The notes under the pieces were generated by a model. It searched no databases. It had not been told where the DNA came from and was given only the letters and a program-made list of their open reading frames with translations. From Utricularia gibba (taxonomy: Eukaryota > Plantae > Magnoliophyta): a stretch of DNA of 64,000 nt. The stretch is from assembly GCA_002189035.1 (NCBI GenBank), contig NEEC01000014.1, positions 2,356,001-2,420,000 on the forward strand, read 5' to 3'. Each line of letters begins with the position of its first letter. Position 1 is the stretch's first letter. Positions 61,901 through 64,000 of this stretch are shown here, piece after piece. Position numbers and translations under genes: made by a program.

Positions 61901-64000
61901 ATTCTCCAGAACATTTTTGCTCACGCTAAGACAACGGGTATTAATACATCTCAATATGATTTGCATACTCTTGTTGAGTTTCATGTTAAGCTGCCAAATG
62001 GGTGTGTATTATGTTCGTTGTTTGGAATTAAAATTGTTTGCATATTATTTTTCCAATATTTGTGTTTCTTGATTAACTTACGTGTCCAAAGAACTATCCT
62101 ATCAAAGTAAGTCATTATTTTTTGGTTTTTAGTATTGGATCGCTGCATCAATAACAAGTGAAACGGTTGACAAGAAGGATACACTGATCGTTGGAAAACA
62201 ACTCATGAATTATCAGTGCACTGAAGAAGAGGCAATCCTTGTTTACACAAAAATGCAATCTGTGAAGATGCAGTTTTTGCTCTGGTCTGAGAACCGTTCT
62301 GATCCTGAAGAAAATTGTTTGTTGCCTCAGGATGTGAATATAAAATTTCCGGATATTAACAGTGTTGCGAATGTGGAAATTGAACTGGTGGGAGAATCTG
62401 ATGCTGCAGAACAAATTGTTGGAGCAGAGGAACATGCGCTGGAAGATGAAGGTGACGACAACAAGACTAACTCAGGGACATTGAAAGAAAAGAAACAGCA
62501 TGGTTGGCAGACGATGAAACTGGATGAGAAATACGAAATGCAGGAGTTCCTCATGATATGGGAGTGCAAAAGGTTAAAAATGGAAGCAGATTTCCAATTG
62601 GAAGCTGCATGTATCCGGTTGATGCATGGAAAAGGAACCATAGGGATGTGCAAAATGAAGCAATTGGAGAACACATTCGCTGATAGAATGCGTGAACATC
62701 ATTTTTTGAAGAATATGCAACTAAAAGAACTTGAGGCAAAGCAATTAGCTGATGTCAAAGAGGCGAGACAAAATGCATCTCAGTTGCTGAACAATGAAAA
62801 ACTGCGAAATGCGGCACCAGGAGCTTCCAGTAGGTCTCCATCGCATTCTTCTCACTCGGAGAATGAAATTGGAAGACCTGAGCGAAGTACAAGTAATGGC
62901 ATTCATGAGTTAGGGGGGTCTCATCCTTGACAATGATTCCTAATTGTCAACATTTTGTCACAAGTTTCTATACAGACAGAGACAGTGGAGTATCTTTGAA
63001 TGCAGCAACTGAAGAACTAGGTAATGAAACAGTTGCCGCATCAGTTGATTCAATTAGTCAATCAATGTCCATTGATATGCCCAACTTGGTACCTGTGAAT
63101 GACCATCATAATGAACCAGCTATTTCTATTGAGGATGGAATAGCAATTTCAGAAAATGTAGCTTTTCCAGTGCCGCAGAAAGTCAATAGTCTACTCACAG
63201 AGGCTTCCAGGTTTGTTTCTAGTGAGGGTATGGCCGAAGGATCAAATGCGTATTCCTGTAAAGAATGTACTAGTCCATTACCTAGAGACTTGGCATCCCA
63301 AAGTGACCAATCTGATGCACCAGTAGATGGGGCTTTGCCAACATCCATTTGGCATTCAGATCCAGTAGTTCCAACTCCAGATTTTTGTGAATCATTGTCC
63401 CATCAGGTAATGTGAATCTTTAAATTTTCTTATCTATCCAGATTACCAAATTCAACAGTGCACATTGAGTCATTCTTTAGCCTTTAATAGTCTGGTTTAC
63501 ATGCAACTAATAATGCGTAGCCTTGGCAGGTACGACAACGTACGCCTGGAGAGCCACAATCCCTGGATTTAGATGCTGCGGTAAATCTATCATCTCTACA
63601 GGCAGAGGGCTTGAGGTCAGGTTTGTCGGACGATGATCTTGGCAGATTATCCAATCTCGATGCACATCCAGCTTTTGATGTTGCTCGTACATCACGTGTT
63701 GGTGACATCCCAGTTATTGCAATTAATGTTGGTCGTGTTGAAAATCTATCGCCCAACGCTGTGCACCCTGACCAAAGAACAAATTCAGCTGAATTTGTGG
63801 GGCTTGTGAGAACAGCACTTCCACAAGAACCATCGACACAAGAAGTGATGGGCACAACTGAGCCACAAAATCAAGCAGCTCCGCCTGTGGGCATTGATGC
63901 AGGCCATGATTTTCTGCCTGGCCACAATCATAATGTTCAAGCCTCATCATGGAGTTGTACTGAACAAACCTCTGGTGACCCTCTTCAAGTTGAACTAGAA
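55972..64000 (+). CDS. MOM1: MOM1-like CHD3-derived silencing protein (PHD, two chromodomains, partial SNF2); continues past the window; start uncertain
   Basis: SPLRRSDR N-terminus; KKRVSYDAPEQDLCSC; PHD CALC...CCKGKGC...HCDC...WYCSHC; chromo KQYLVKYLGLAHIHNHW and EWLVKWCGLSYDHSTWE; EYWVPVQMSNYQLELYC; CCSHPY; ASGKLQWLNKML; DSDWNPANDVKALQR; YWIAAS...LMNYQCTEE. The window ends at DPLQVELE, the expected start of CMM2. Confidence 0.9.

Noticed and set aside
62893-62975. Apparent frameshift in MOM1 where ORF 62205-62930 stops and ORF 62927-63415 begins
   Set aside because: An 83-nt phase-1 GT-AG intron (A|gtaatg...tacag|AC) with a cctaat branch-like site joins the two frames.
1-64000. Biosynthetic or functional gene cluster, CRISPR array, rRNA/tRNA
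   Set aside because: The genes are functionally unrelated. Repeats occur as two copies without spacers. I saw no tRNA or rRNA signatures.

Overview
Gene-dense nuclear DNA of a flowering plant, probably a eudicot with a compact genome (inference from short GT-AG introns and about 20 genes in 64 kb). Genes in order: 3' part of an ATHB7/12-type HD-Zip I gene, MED10, glutamine-dependent NAD synthetase, HD-Zip IV (HDG5-like), a conserved unknown protein, PIG-X, class II TPS, a VTT/TVP38 membrane protein, VMA12/TMEM199, HY2, a C3H53-family RRM protein, a CCR-like SDR, a NAC factor, a classical AGP, MnmA, FtsHi5, mitochondrial ClpP2, a RING-H2 ligase, a START protein, and a MOM1-like gene that runs off the window. 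Two MITE-like elements sit side by side at 38.2-39.3 kb. I see no rRNA, tRNA, CRISPR array or biosynthetic cluster, and I cannot support a wholly new biological system. The strongest leads are a 41-aa uORF in the TPS leader plus an altered HAD motif in that TPS, a MOM1 that keeps PHD and two chromodomains but lacks the N-terminal SNF2 lobe, a C3H53 homologue without its zinc finger, and the HD-Zip IV 3'UTR stem-loop. All family calls come from recalled motifs, not database searches. Exon boundaries were read by eye.
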